DNA from: Histomonas meleagridis 2922-C6/04-290x
Taxonomy: Eukaryota; Protista; Parabasalia
DNA length: 64,000 nucleotides
Reading direction: 5' to 3'
Assembly (NCBI GenBank): GCA_020184695.1
Contig: JAANOX010000095.1
Location: 1 to 64,000, forward strand
Shown here: piece by piece, positions 1 through 11,143 of the stretch
Numbering within the stretch: position 1 is the first letter of the stretch
Layout of the letters: every line of letters begins with the position of its first letter
Translations under genes and position numbers: made by a program
The notes under the pieces: model-generated
Databases searched by the model: none
Seen by the model: only the letters and a program-made list of their open reading frames with translations
Told to the model about the DNA's origin: nothing

Positions 1-19
1 AAAACTCGATAGTACAGCA

Positions 20-841
20 ATGAATTCACTTGATTCTTTAGTAACGCGAGTTATTGAAATATCCGAATTATATGGCAGCAAATTAATAGCTTTTTTGACA
101 GGTAAATCAATAAAAACACAAATTTTTGCTTGTTGTCACAATAGGACAATATATAATTGCAAAGTCGAAGCAAGATTTCAACTTATTAATGGAATTGTAA
201 AATTTATTTCAATTGATGAAAAGCATACCCACAGTGTTAATTCAAAACCTAACCATAGAAAACAAAATTCACTCACAACTTTACAACGAGCACAAATTAA
301 AGAAGCCACAATGCAAGGAGTGACATCAGGAAAAATTCGATTAAATATGAATCTTTTATGCACTAAAGATGTCTTATATGGCGCTAGAAGATCAATTTTA
401 AAGAATGAGAAAATTAATGATATGGAAAACTTACAAAAAGAAATGAATCTATGGAAAAATTGGAAAAGTATCATGTTAATTGATAATGAAGTATTTAGTG
501 GATGCTATGTTCATCATCTTCCGATATGTTTGAGCCCAATTTCCAACGATATATCCATTGTAGACGATACATCTTGCACTAATTATTACGGACTTCCTTT
601 ATTAGTGATGCTATGTGAAAATGAAAATGGAAAAAATCATTCTTTCATTTTCCTTCATTGTAAATCGGACCCAAAAAGCATTTATTGACTATTTTTTAAA
701 TGTTAAATAAAATGTTGGCGAAATTAGGTCGTTTGTTTATGATAGAAATCCAACACAAATTAATGCAATTGAAAAATGATGGCCAAATGCATTAATTATA
801 TACTGCTTGATTCATATTGGACAGAATTTGATAAGTATCAA
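20..841 (+). pseudogene. Mutator-like (MULE) transposase, 5' part, disrupted
   Basis: ORF 20-688 has a C..C..HxH DNA-binding-like N-terminus and the first catalytic motif IVDDTSCTNYYGLPL. A shifted frame continues RSFVYDRNPTQINAIEK*WPNALIIYCLIH (second D and CxxH) up to the (CA)n at about 842. Confidence 0.8.
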
Positions 842-1496
842 TACACACACACACACACAACCCTGGCTAGCTAGGGCTATGCCCTGCGCTTTAGCCTACG
901 GCTTGCTCTCGGCGCTATGCGCCTCGGTGTGTTGGTTCGCTCCTTCGTCGCTACCATATGATACTCACTATCGGAGAAGTGTGGAAACTATTATTATTTG
1001 TTATTATTTACTGTTAAACATTACCGAAAAAATGTCGAAACTAGTTTTATTTGTTATTATTTACTGTTATACCACTATCGGAGGAATGTGGGAACTAGAA
1101 TTTTTTATTATTATTTACTGTTAAACATTACCGGGGGAATGTGGGAACTAGTTTCATTTGTTATTATTTGTTATTATTTATTATTATTTATTTATTATTT
1201 ATTTATTATTTATTATTTATTAGTATTTTGCATCATGAAAAATCATGAATGCCGCCATGAATGATACCATAAATGCTTGATGACTTGATGTAAAATAATG
1301 AGCGCACAACAATACAAACATAAATAATTGATGACTTGATGGAATGTAGAGAATAATATTAATGGATATCATGTGGTAGCGACGAAGGAGCGGACCAACA
1401 CATCGAAGCTCGCGACGAAGGAGCGGCGAGAGCACAGCGGAGCGAACGAGTGCGTAGCACGAAGTGAAACGAGATGTGTGTGTGTGTGTGTGTGCT
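842..1496. mobile_element. Non-autonomous element with (CA)n left end, (TG)n right end and GC-rich subterminal inverted repeats
   Basis: (CA)n at 843-858 and (TG)n at about 1475-1494. Inverted arms 926-963 and 1367-1404 match at 35/38 nt. Internal tandem repeats. Possible AATAC duplication at 840-844 and 1497-1501. Confidence 0.65.
966..1170. repeat. Four imperfect 50-58 bp tandem units inside the element
   Basis: Recurring aatgtgggaactag...ttattatttactgttaaacattaccg and cactatcggag motifs. Confidence 0.75.
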
Positions 1497-1661
1497 AATA
1501 CTGACAATTTCCATTTGAATGGCAAAGTTAAACATATTCTCAAGTTAAATTAGTTTTACTTTCATTTTAGGATGGGAAAATTAATTGAAATTTGAATGCT
1601 TTACTTATATAAATCATTCAATAATTGAATATTTGGATAGAGGTTGGCGCCATTTCAGTTA

Positions 1662-2753
1662 ATGAAAAATCTCAGCATCAAATCTTGCTTTCTAAAGCCA
1701 GAAAAAAAGCAATATATAAAAGAACAAGTCACAAAAGCAAGGAACAATGGATGTAAATGGCAAGATATCTTTGATTCTTCGTCAATTCCAAAAAGTACAA
1801 TTCATAGGTGGGCTCACAAGGATATGTCTCTTGAGGCTCGAAAGCAAAGACAAGTACACCCTAGAAACAGGAAGCTGCTAACTGATGAGAAGGAAAGAAG
1901 CCTGATACAAATGGCAATTGATAAAAGAGCAAATCATGAAGTAGTTTCAATCGAATGGACAAGAGAAGCCATCGTAAGAATTATCAATGGGAGAGTTCAG
2001 AAAGCTTCTGATTAATATATCAGTAATTTTTATAAGAGGCATGGTTGGCCTAGCCGAAAAACCCAAGAAAGAAACAAAAAAGAAGTTCGAAGTACCCTAG
2101 AGCAAGAAGTGAAAGATTTTCAAGATGAAGTTTCGAATTTTGTTTCTTCCAATTCCATTCCATCATCCAGGATATTTACCATGGATGAGACGGGGTTGTG
2201 GAATGGTTCTGTTTCACAACGCACTTACGTTAACCCATCCACAATGGATTCAGTAGGTGTTGTTTCACCTGGAGATCATAAAAGAGATACAGGTGTTGTG
2301 GCGCTATCTGCCGATGGAACCATTCATCCTTATTTCATTTCTCATTCTCCTCAAAAAACTAAGAAGGTCAATGGGAGAAGTGTTGTTGTTAAAAAGAAAG
2401 TGGCAGGAATGGGCTTTGATCAAATGAACCAATGGTCGGAAGAATTCGCAAACAAATACGGAAACCCTTCTGGAACTGTCTTGATCATGGATCGCCTAAG
2501 AGTTCACATGAATTCAAAAATTAAGAAAAACTTGGAAGAGAAGCATGTTGAGTGCTTTTATCTTCCACCACAAAATGCAAAGCTTGCTTCTGTATGTGAT
2601 GATTCTTTTTTTTCTGTTCTGAAGTCAAGAATATCGAAAATGGACACAACTACAACAGAAAAGAAAAAAAAAGGCTTTTTTTCACTTTGCGAAGAGTTTC
2701 CGGAAAAAATGGTTAAGAACTTTTATCATCATTGCGGATGGAATTTTGAATAA
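1662..2753 (+). pseudogene. pogo/Tigger-type (DDE_1, CENP-B HTH) transposase with one in-frame stop
   Basis: ORFs 1644-2015 and 2109-2753 are in the same frame, separated by TAA at 2013-2015. Motifs: psq-like HTH (IPKSTIHRW), IFTMDETGLW, LIMDRLRVH, PPQ...VCDDSFFSVLK. Confidence 0.85.
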
Positions 2754-2949
2754 ACGAAAAATCGACATTTTGCAAAATAATTGAAGTAAATGGTTTACGA
2801 ACTAATGTAGATTTGTTGATAGTGTTGTGGTTTTAAAATTCTTGAAATGTTGCTTGGCAGATCCAAAATAGTAACTCTCTTGTGCAAAAGTGACACCGGT
2901 GGAAATCTATCGTTTTCCCAACTCTAGATAAATTGTCAGTATATTAATA

Positions 2950-3779
2950 CACCTCCTCGAAGAAAAAGAACATTGGCTACCAAGTCTAACAAATAAATAC
3001 ATGCACGCTGACAATAATACTTCAAATCGAGTTGAAGGTTTCTTTGGTAGCTTAAAGAACTTAACTGATCATCAAATTCTTTCACTACCATTGATATTTC
3101 GCGCTGTATATTTAAGGGGTGAAAGATTAAGAATATTATCAGCATCAGATAAACGAATTGAAATGCCTGATGACATAATTTTGAGAGAAGATGCATTAAA
3201 AATAGGATCAGTTGCACTTAGCATTGTTTTAAATGAATACAATGAAATGAATAGAGTTGGATGCATTACTGAATACAATTCGGAATGCTGCAATATTTGT
3301 ATTATGTTTGGGATTCCATGTAAGCATTTTGTCTTAGAAAGAATTAAAGAAGATAGAATGCCTCTCCTTTTACTTGATGATTTCCTTCCAAGATGGAGAC
3401 ATTCTGATAATTTAAATATAAATTTAATTGATAATAGTGTGGTTACTGTTCAAAAAAATAAAACAAATGATTCTGATTGGTCGTATTCAAATTGTGTTGC
3501 AAAATTTGAAAGATATTTCAGCTCAGCTTCGAAGAATCAAAAAAACCAGGATATTTTGCATGCAATTCTAGATAATTTGTTTTCGATTGAACATCAATCT
3601 GGGATAAATGAAGAAATACTTTTACCACCAAATTTTTTAGTTCCTGGTCGACCTCAAACACATCCAAGAAATAATACTGAATTTGGAGCACCAGAGAAAA
3701 AAAGCAGTATAGATGTAGCATATGTGGGCAGAAAGGTCATACAGCACCAAGGTGCCCATTAGCTAACTTAACTTCTTAA
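2950..3779 (+). pseudogene. MULE transposase, 3' part (catalytic E, SWIM finger, CCHC knuckle)
   Basis: KEHWLP...TSNRVEGFFGSLK; SWIM-like CCNICIMFGIPCKH; after a frameshift in the A-run near 3700 the frame reads YRCSICGQKGHTAPRCP, stop at 3777-3779. Confidence 0.85.
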
Positions 3780-4031
3780 GTATATAAAATTTAATTATTT
3801 TTTTATTTTAAATAATAAATAATAAATAAATAAAATATATAAAATAAATCAATAATATAGAAATTATCTAAGATAAGTAATAAATTAAAAATCAAATAAC
3901 AAAAAATATGAATGAAACATTAGTAAATAAAGTAATTAAAATTTGAAATTATAAAATGAAGTAATTTGAAAATATAATAATGTTCGGCAAAATGATTTAA
4001 GATGTAATTAAACATTCGGAAGCATTTGGTA

Positions 4032-4124
4032 ATAATTGGTAACATTTATCATATAATTGGTAACAATTGATAACATTTCTAGTATAATTGGGACCAATTG
4101 ATAACATTTCTAGTATAATTGGTA
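4032..4124. repeat. 31-bp tandem repeat (about 2.3 copies plus a partial), possibly subterminal to the MULE
   Basis: tataattggtaacaattgataacatttctag at 4052 and 4083, partial copies at 4032 and 4114. Confidence 0.7.
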
Positions 4125-4367
4125 GTATTTGGGGAATCCGAATAAAATCATGAAATTGGCGCTACTTTTACCTATTTTTGGCGCGACCTTACAACAACTT
4201 TTTCAATAAAAATTTTAACGCAAAACCGAAATACGAATACAAATTTGAATGTATATACGATCATATTATACACGAAAAGTGAATCGCTAAATAAATGCCC
4301 AATATTTTTCTATAGCTATAGTTGTTGCACTTTTAAACCTGATAACCGAAATTTCAAATACGTTTAT

Positions 4368-5465
4368 ATGTTTCCTTCGTCTCCTTTTGAAATACCTGTG
4401 GGATCTAAATTTCTATGTGGTGATGTCATGTGTGATGGCCTTTGTCTCAATTCTGTGGATAAATTTCCTAATGGTACTGTTTCAACAAATCGTTCAATAT
4501 GTTATCCAACACAACTTTCAGTATGGTGCTATAACACTGGAAGCAAAGCAGCAATGATTTTTATTTCTGGATTCATTTTTATTATTCCATATATATTTTT
4601 TATACTTTATTATTGTAATCATAAGCAGCAAATCCTCAAAAACTTTCCTTTTTCTCGAATGTATTTTCTCTTCTCCTTTCCTCTTATAACACTATTTTAT
4701 TTAGGCGCTACAATATCACAATTAATTTGTTGTTTCACATTTGATGTAGGCTCTACACTTTTTTATCCTTTACTCTGCATATATATCATAATTATTCTGA
4801 TTAAAGTTTTTCTTCGTTATCCATTTTCTGACTCATACAAGTCTCCATATTTACCAACCAATTTTTTCATTCGTCCTAAAGTTGTCACACTTGAAGAGCT
4901 TCAACATGATATAACTAAAGTAAGAATGGCACCGCCAACATTTTTAGTCAAAGGTCCAAATGTGAAAACTTATGAATTGGAATACTTGACGTGGCAAGAA
5001 GAAGGAGCAGATGTTCGACTTCCGTCCAATGTTCCGATTTTTGCATATTTCTCGATCGAGTCATATCCAGCAAGTGACGTTGAATTAGAATTCACTGTTA
5101 ATAATCGCAGAGGGCAAACGACTTATAAAATTGTGGCGAATGTTGACGTGGAATGTGAACCAATGATTTTGATGAATGGAAATGATAAAACCTTCGAGTT
5201 ACTTAACAGAAAATACATGCGAATTGTTTATTTGATTTCGTTGTTGTTTTCATTCGATTTCATTTTGGACCTTGTCTATTGGGCACATGTCGAATTTGTA
5301 CAGATAAAATGTATAAAAAATGCATCGACAAAAGATGAACTGCGCGCAAAGTACGGAGAAAAGGATATGAACGCATCTGCGAATGTGCAATATGATAACG
5401 AGTTGATTCATATGTCAGATGCAGATCAAATTTTTTCGGAATTAAACCCAAATCCGACAACATAA
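4368..5465 (+). CDS. Hypothetical multi-pass membrane protein
   Basis: Open frame 4245-5465, first ATG at 4368. Cys-rich N-terminus, three to four hydrophobic helices, a soluble domain and a late hydrophobic segment. Confidence 0.75.
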   Translation: MFPSSPFEIPVGSKFLCGDVMCDGLCLNSVDKFPNGTVSTNRSICYPTQLSVWCYNTGSKAAMIFISGFIFIIPYIFFILYYCNHKQQILKNFPFSRMYFLFSFPLITLFYLGATISQLICCFTFDVGSTLFYPLLCIYIIIILIKVFLRYPFSDSYKSPYLPTNFFIRPKVVTLEELQHDITKVRMAPPTFLVKGPNVKTYELEYLTWQEEGADVRLPSNVPIFAYFSIESYPASDVELEFTVNNRRGQTTYKIVANVDVECEPMILMNGNDKTFELLNRKYMRIVYLISLLFSFDFILDLVYWAHVEFVQIKCIKNASTKDELRAKYGEKDMNASANVQYDNELIHMSDADQIFSELNPNPTT

Positions 5466-6393
5466 AACATTAAGTGCAATATAAAATGTTTATTTTTAGT
5501 TAGTATTGACTATAAATACATTTGTTTTTGATTGTATAAATTATAGATAATTGGATAATGCTTTGATGAATTTAAATAATTAAAATGCAATTGCAATATA
5601 ACTTGATACATTGTCTCCTTTTTATATATGTTATATGTAGGTCATATGTCCATTATTGAATATTTGGTCTACACTTTAGAAAATATCTCAAATCAATCCA
5701 AAAATATAATGTGTTTGTTTTGTTTTTAGAATTTTATTCTTAAGTAATATATATAAATTAAAAACATGATGTAATATTGTATCAAATTAGTTAAATTTCT
5801 CAAACATATTTATGGATCAATATAATAATCCTACTCATAAAAATGGTTATTCGATCTATAAAACTTAATCAATGTTTAAATTACTCAATTATTCAAATTG
5901 ATATAAATCCATTGGATATTAAAGTAGGTAATTTATTTGAATTGAACAATGTGATATTAAAGATTATTATAAATCTTATGCAAAATTTTCATTTATTTAA
6001 TATTTTATAATTAATGAACAACTAAATCATTTATCAAATTCATATACATTTTACATTCTTGCCTTTGCACACAATTTCAATTCGAAGCCATTTGCGTCTT
6101 TAATTGTAAGTTTTTCATTAATAACTTCTTTAAAACATCCATCATTTCATCAAGATAACCTTCAACTATGATAATGTTCCATTAACAAATGAAGGAATAA
6201 ATGGTTATACTACATCTAAGACATCAATTTTCTTTACAAGCTTAATAACATTTAATATTTTGAGTTGTATGAAATCGATTTATTTAATTATTATTTTAGA
6301 AGATATATAAGATAAAAATGTTTTTCATTTCAATTTATTGTTAAACAAAGTTAAAAAAATAAAGTTTAGTTACACAATTAATTTATTAATAAA

Positions 6394-7113
6394 TTAGTCT
6401 GCTTCCTTGCTAATGTCCGAAAGCATTTGGTCGACGTCTATATTGAACTGAAGTTTATTACCCGAAATTGGTGCGTACTCGATTCCTGACTGTGTTTTTA
6501 CGCATAAGAGTTGAATACAACTTGGAGCAACTCCAGACGAAACATCAAATTGTATGTTACCGAATTTTGCTGTTACTTTTCCACTTTGATGGATTTGAAT
6601 TGTTCCTATTTGTCCATCTGCTGCAGCAACAAGTGGATTTGTGTCAATTTGTGCGGAATCATTAGGATACGCAATTGGAAGAGATGATGGAAGTTGTACA
6701 AGAATAAGTTTATCGCCTTTTTCTGTTGATAAAAGATTTGAAATCGGGGTCTTTTGTTCAGGAACAGGAACTAGTGGAAGCTGAACTGCTATATTTGATT
6801 CGTCTTGAATTGTGTCATCACTGGCAATTAGAGAAACTGGTTTAGAATTTGGAGGATGTAAAACTTCACCAATCGTTTGTTTCCTCATTGAGGATGGTGT
6901 GTTAGCAAAATCAAGTAGATGTGGTTGCCTAGGTTTCCTTGCTGGTGCCTGTTTTTTAATTTCTTTTTTGGTAGGCAAAGGAGTATTTAATTGTGTAAGC
7001 ATAGGTACAGAGCGACTCGAAGTCATAGAATTTGTTCTAGGCCTAGCTGGAGCGAATCTTGGAAGTGGTGTTGGATTTTTATTTTGAACTGGCTTTTTAT
7101 CTTGGTTGTTCAT
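6394..7113 (-). CDS. RPC4: RNA polymerase III subunit RPC4 (C53)-like
   Basis: C-terminal LILVQLPSSLP...GQIGTIQIHQSGKVTAKFGNIQFDVSSG matches the RPC4 domain; low-complexity N-terminus; ATG at 7113. Confidence 0.8.
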   Translation of the reverse strand: MNNQDKKPVQNKNPTPLPRFAPARPRTNSMTSSRSVPMLTQLNTPLPTKKEIKKQAPARKPRQPHLLDFANTPSSMRKQTIGEVLHPPNSKPVSLIASDDTIQDESNIAVQLPLVPVPEQKTPISNLLSTEKGDKLILVQLPSSLPIAYPNDSAQIDTNPLVAAADGQIGTIQIHQSGKVTAKFGNIQFDVSSGVAPSCIQLLCVKTQSGIEYAPISGNKLQFNIDVDQMLSDISKEAD

Positions 7114-7376
7114 TGTACTGAATTTGAACAAACCTAGTCAAAATTGATATGGAAATTAAACGTGCACCTTTGCTCGTACTTTACGATAGCACAAAATGAC
7201 AAATTTGAAGCAAATATAATCGTTTTGCCAACACAGTTAACAACAAAGTTTCATATATGAATTACTCAATAAAAAACATCCAAGTAATATATTGCTATTA
7301 TTTGTTTTAATTCCATAATGTAAGAATGCTTAGTTAGAAATAAGCTTTTAATTAATTTAAATAATAAATTTTTATT

Positions 7377-9158
7377 TCAAAGATTAGAATCGATTTTTTT
7401 GATAGCATTTTCCGCAGCGTGTTTAAATTTGTTTTGTTCTATTCTTAGTCTCTTTCTAATTGTTTCCTTTTCTACTTCAGGGAACAAGAATGCGGCCACC
7501 AAATCCCTTGCGACAATAGCCTGATCGTTACCACTATTCGCAGCAGTTGCGGTGAAATTTGTAATTTTCTCGGCATCTTTCATTGCAATATTTTTCGCGA
7601 TATCATTTGCTGTTACGTTTATCGATTCGTTAATAATACTTTCCAAATACGAATCCGCAGTTTCATAGTTAACGCCCATAATTTTCCTAAACGCTTCGTC
7701 TTCGATTTTTTGTCGCTTAATTTCTTCTTCTCTTCTTCCGTTTTCTTCCGCTTCTCTTCTTCTTCTTTCTCTTTCCGCTAATTTCATCATTGCGTCGATT
7801 CTTCGTTCTTCCATTCTTCTTTGTAATTGATTATTCAAGAACACTAACATTTCGCCAATAACTTTTCCTTCGGCGTTTGATGTCTTTTCGATATTATTCC
7901 GTAAGTTCTCTGCGATTTCTTTCTCTTCTTTCGTTTCCGATTTCTCTTCAACTTCTTTAAGCGCTTCGATTGTCCTTAACTCGCGTATAAGTTGTCGTTG
8001 GTTTTCTAAACTATGATACATCTCATTTTGCATCGAACGACCTCTAATTAATCGCTGCAACAATATTATCGCCATTTCGCGTTCGTCATTTTCAATATTA
8101 GGTTGTATAACAGGAGTTTGTGGTCGCGGTGGTGGCTTTTCGATTCGTTGTGCAATTTTTAATGGTTGTACTTTCTTCTTATTGTTAATCGATGATTTGT
8201 CGCCTCGTTTCTCAAGTACTGATTGCTCAACTGTCTTTAGATATTCTTGTTGCGCCTTTTCGGAGCGTTTCCAATTCTTCTCTTTACGAAGTGGTTTAAC
8301 TTGAGTCTTGGAATACATCGATTCGATTTCATTTAACGCATTTAATGATGTATCAGTATTAACATCGCGTTTACCATATACGGCTTTGTTCATGTAGCAA
8401 CGGGAATCAGCTTTACCATTACGACGTAATGGCGCATATGCACTACTTCCTTTATTAGAATATTCGTTTATTATGTCGCGCGTGGTTCGATTACGTGAAG
8501 TCATTTGGCGTCGTTGCTCTGTAAGTGTACGCAAGACTTTAAGTCGCTTCTTTTCGATACGTTCGATCGCTGCTTTGCGCTTTTCTTCACGAGCTGTTAT
8601 TACACTTTCGACTCGACGTTGACGGATAACTGAATCTTCATCTTCACGTTGTTGAAAACTTTTGACAAGAAGATTAAGACGTTGTTGTTGAATTTCATTG
8701 ATGTAACGATCACGTTTAGCCCATTGTTCAACTTCAATTTCAATTAAGCGCTTTTGTCGTTCTTCAATTGAGAGATTTTCAAGTTCTTCTTCTTCAAACC
8801 AGGCTCGTGGTTGAGTATGATCTGTGGTGTCGGGAAGCCAGGGATCTGTTTGGCCTGAGGATTCACGATATGCTGTTTGGACTGCAACATCAACTTTTTT
8901 ATGTGATTTAACTTTCTTTTCATGTGGTGATTCTGGCGCTGTTATTGGTGTCGTTGCAAGAATAACATCAGGTGGGCGTGCTGTAACATTACTTGTAATT
9001 GGAGAAGCAAAGAATAACGGTCTATCTGAACCATTGACATCTGTATTTTGAAGTGTTGTACAATACGCAACATTAGGCGTAGGACGCATTGTGCTATCAC
9101 GATAAAATGGATCATATCGATAATCAAATTGCCTTGTTTTTGTTACTGCATAAGACAT
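7377..9158 (-). CDS. CFAP91: Cilia/flagella-associated protein 91 (MAATS1)-like
   Basis: VAVQTAYRESSGQTDPW motif, RAWFEEEE, IQ motif ILLQRLIRGRSMQNEM and long coiled coils. Confidence 0.85.
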   Translation of the reverse strand: MSYAVTKTRQFDYRYDPFYRDSTMRPTPNVAYCTTLQNTDVNGSDRPLFFASPITSNVTARPPDVILATTPITAPESPHEKKVKSHKKVDVAVQTAYRESSGQTDPWLPDTTDHTQPRAWFEEEELENLSIEERQKRLIEIEVEQWAKRDRYINEIQQQRLNLLVKSFQQREDEDSVIRQRRVESVITAREEKRKAAIERIEKKRLKVLRTLTEQRRQMTSRNRTTRDIINEYSNKGSSAYAPLRRNGKADSRCYMNKAVYGKRDVNTDTSLNALNEIESMYSKTQVKPLRKEKNWKRSEKAQQEYLKTVEQSVLEKRGDKSSINNKKKVQPLKIAQRIEKPPPRPQTPVIQPNIENDEREMAIILLQRLIRGRSMQNEMYHSLENQRQLIRELRTIEALKEVEEKSETKEEKEIAENLRNNIEKTSNAEGKVIGEMLVFLNNQLQRRMEERRIDAMMKLAERERRRREAEENGRREEEIKRQKIEDEAFRKIMGVNYETADSYLESIINESINVTANDIAKNIAMKDAEKITNFTATAANSGNDQAIVARDLVAAFLFPEVEKETIRKRLRIEQNKFKHAAENAIKKIDSNL

Positions 9159-9213
9159 TTTGAATCTCGAAAAAATTCGTTACTGAAAATGACCGTTAAC
9201 GTACACAAAACAC

Positions 9214-9774
9214 ATGAAATGTTATATGAAAAATAAAATGGGGGAAAACATTCTGAAGATTCTGGAACAGAATAATTGCGATACATCTCTCATACGGCCA
9301 CCAGATAACTTCGAAACAACAGATAATCCAGTTTATGATGTAAATTTATCAGGTTTTGATACAAGTGAACTTTTAAGAAATGTAGGCTTACTATCATCAG
9401 ATGCTAATCTATCAAATGAAGAAAAATATATCAGAATTAAAAGGTTTTATTTATACCAAATTAACATGCAAAAAGAACAAGAAATGATAAAGGAAGAATG
9501 TGCAAATATAAAAAATATTTTAGAAAATGGTAATATAGAAGAGATAAAAGAAATTTTCCAAAGAAGACGTCAGTGGGCAGAAAGTTCTAGAAAATGTAAT
9601 CCAGAACTCGGAATATTATGCAATTCAGATTCATGTATTAATAATGCCGTTCCATTCTCTGATTATTGCATTGCACATATATACAAGGATGCTAATCAGA
9701 ATTTGTTTGTTAGATGCGAGGAATGTGGTCATGTTTATCCGAAAGCTTTCTCTTGCTTATATTGTAAAAAATGA
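9214..9774 (+). CDS. Small protein with C-terminal C3HC3H-type zinc finger (KANSL2/INO80D-like)
   Basis: C-terminal CNSDSCINNAVPFSDYCIAHI...LFVRCEEC...CLYC. Confidence 0.55.
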   Translation: MKCYMKNKMGENILKILEQNNCDTSLIRPPDNFETTDNPVYDVNLSGFDTSELLRNVGLLSSDANLSNEEKYIRIKRFYLYQINMQKEQEMIKEECANIKNILENGNIEEIKEIFQRRRQWAESSRKCNPELGILCNSDSCINNAVPFSDYCIAHIYKDANQNLFVRCEECGHVYPKAFSCLYCKK

Positions 9775-10048
9775 TTAGAAAAATTAAATTAAATAAAATT
9801 CACATAAATATAAAAAATTGTTTTAATTTTATTCACAATCGATTAGAGCTAAAATTTCATTTACTCAAACTTAAGCTTTCTTAGACTAAATAAGAGAAAA
9901 TCAAAAATAAATTTATTTTTCAATTTTTTTTTTTAATTAAGTTTAATTTTTCTAAAAGTTATTATTATTAGTATCTTCATTGTAAGGGTTATCTAATTTA
10001 TATTTTTTCCCATCGAACCATTTTGACTATTATCTGAATTTTTACTTA

Positions 10049-10681
10049 TTGGGGGTGGAAAAAGTGCGTTCGTCAGCCTTTTTTTCAATGAATAAAAAAG
10101 TAAAAGAAAATTTGTTTATTTATTATGCTATGTATTAACCTTGAGTTTCGATTGTAATTAAAAGTCTGTTCATCCATTCATTATATACGGCTCTGCACCT
10201 ACATTCTTGGCAATTCTCTTGGTCGATGCATATGGATAACTTAATATAAAATTGGCTATTTTTTGATCTAAATCTGATCTTCTTGGTATCCCTGTTTTTT
10301 TCGATTTGAAAATTGAGAATGTATGTTCATTCATCTTTTTTGTCCATTTCTGAACTGTTCCAAGTGTAATAATATTATCACCATATACAGCACATAATCG
10401 ACTATATATGTCTTGATTTTCATTTGATTCTAACAAAAGAAAATAAACAACAGAACGTAATTCCTCAATTGGAACTGACATAAGAATGATTAAACGTTCT
10501 CTTTCAGAGGGTATACTGAAAAAAAGTTGTTTTACTTCATGCATCATATTTATTTGGAAAAAAGTATTATAATAAAAATGATAATATAATTATTATAGAT
10601 TTTATTTATATAACTTGATTATATAAATATCTAATATAAATCAAAAAAAAGGCCTGACGAACAGGCTTTTTCCACCCCCTA
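10049..10681. mobile_element. Internally deleted mariner element (633 bp) with terminal inverted repeats and TA flanks
   Basis: Left gggggtggaaaaagtgcgttcgtcagcc; right end reverse complement gggggtggaaaaagcctgttcgtcaggcc. TA at 10047-48 and 10682-83. Encloses a transposase N-terminus. Confidence 0.85.
10170..10547 (-). pseudogene. Truncated mariner transposase (HTH DNA-binding region only)
   Basis: ELRSVVYFLLL...IYSRLCAVYGDNIITLGTVQKW...KTGIPRR...ASTKRIA fits the Mos1-type double HTH; no DDD domain. Confidence 0.8.
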
Positions 10682-11143
10682 TATTTTGGCATTTTCTAAA
10701 TTCATCTTTTGTTCTATTTCACCATTTCCTTCAACATCTAAAAAAATAAAAATAAATATGATGTTTATTTAAATAATTTAAATAAATGCTGAATATATCT
10801 GGTCCATAGCTTAGCATATATATAATGCCAAAATAAGTAATTTCATTTTGAAATACGTTGTGCATTATAGTAACATATTAACATCACCAATTTGTATGCA
10901 TACAGACATTATTAATTTTGCTTTTAAATTCATGAATACATGGAAATTCCATGTTGATAATTGTCAATGCAACCATAAAATTTATATGCATATTTACACA
11001 AGATAATATCAAAAACATTACTTTTCAAGTCTACTCCATAACCTTCAAATAATTTTTAATTCGTTTATAACCAAAATATTACAATAAATAAAAGTTTTTA
11101 TAATATTTTTTTTAAATCATTTATCAAAAATTTATATTATTAT

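Noticed and set aside
807-1543. ORFs 807-1124, 998-1264 and 1220-1543
   Set aside because: They derive from repeats inside the non-autonomous element and have no protein-like features.
6060-6200. Short minus-strand protein-like stretch (IIIVEGYLDEMMDVLKEVINEKL...)
   Set aside because: No start codon or recognisable family; too short to call.
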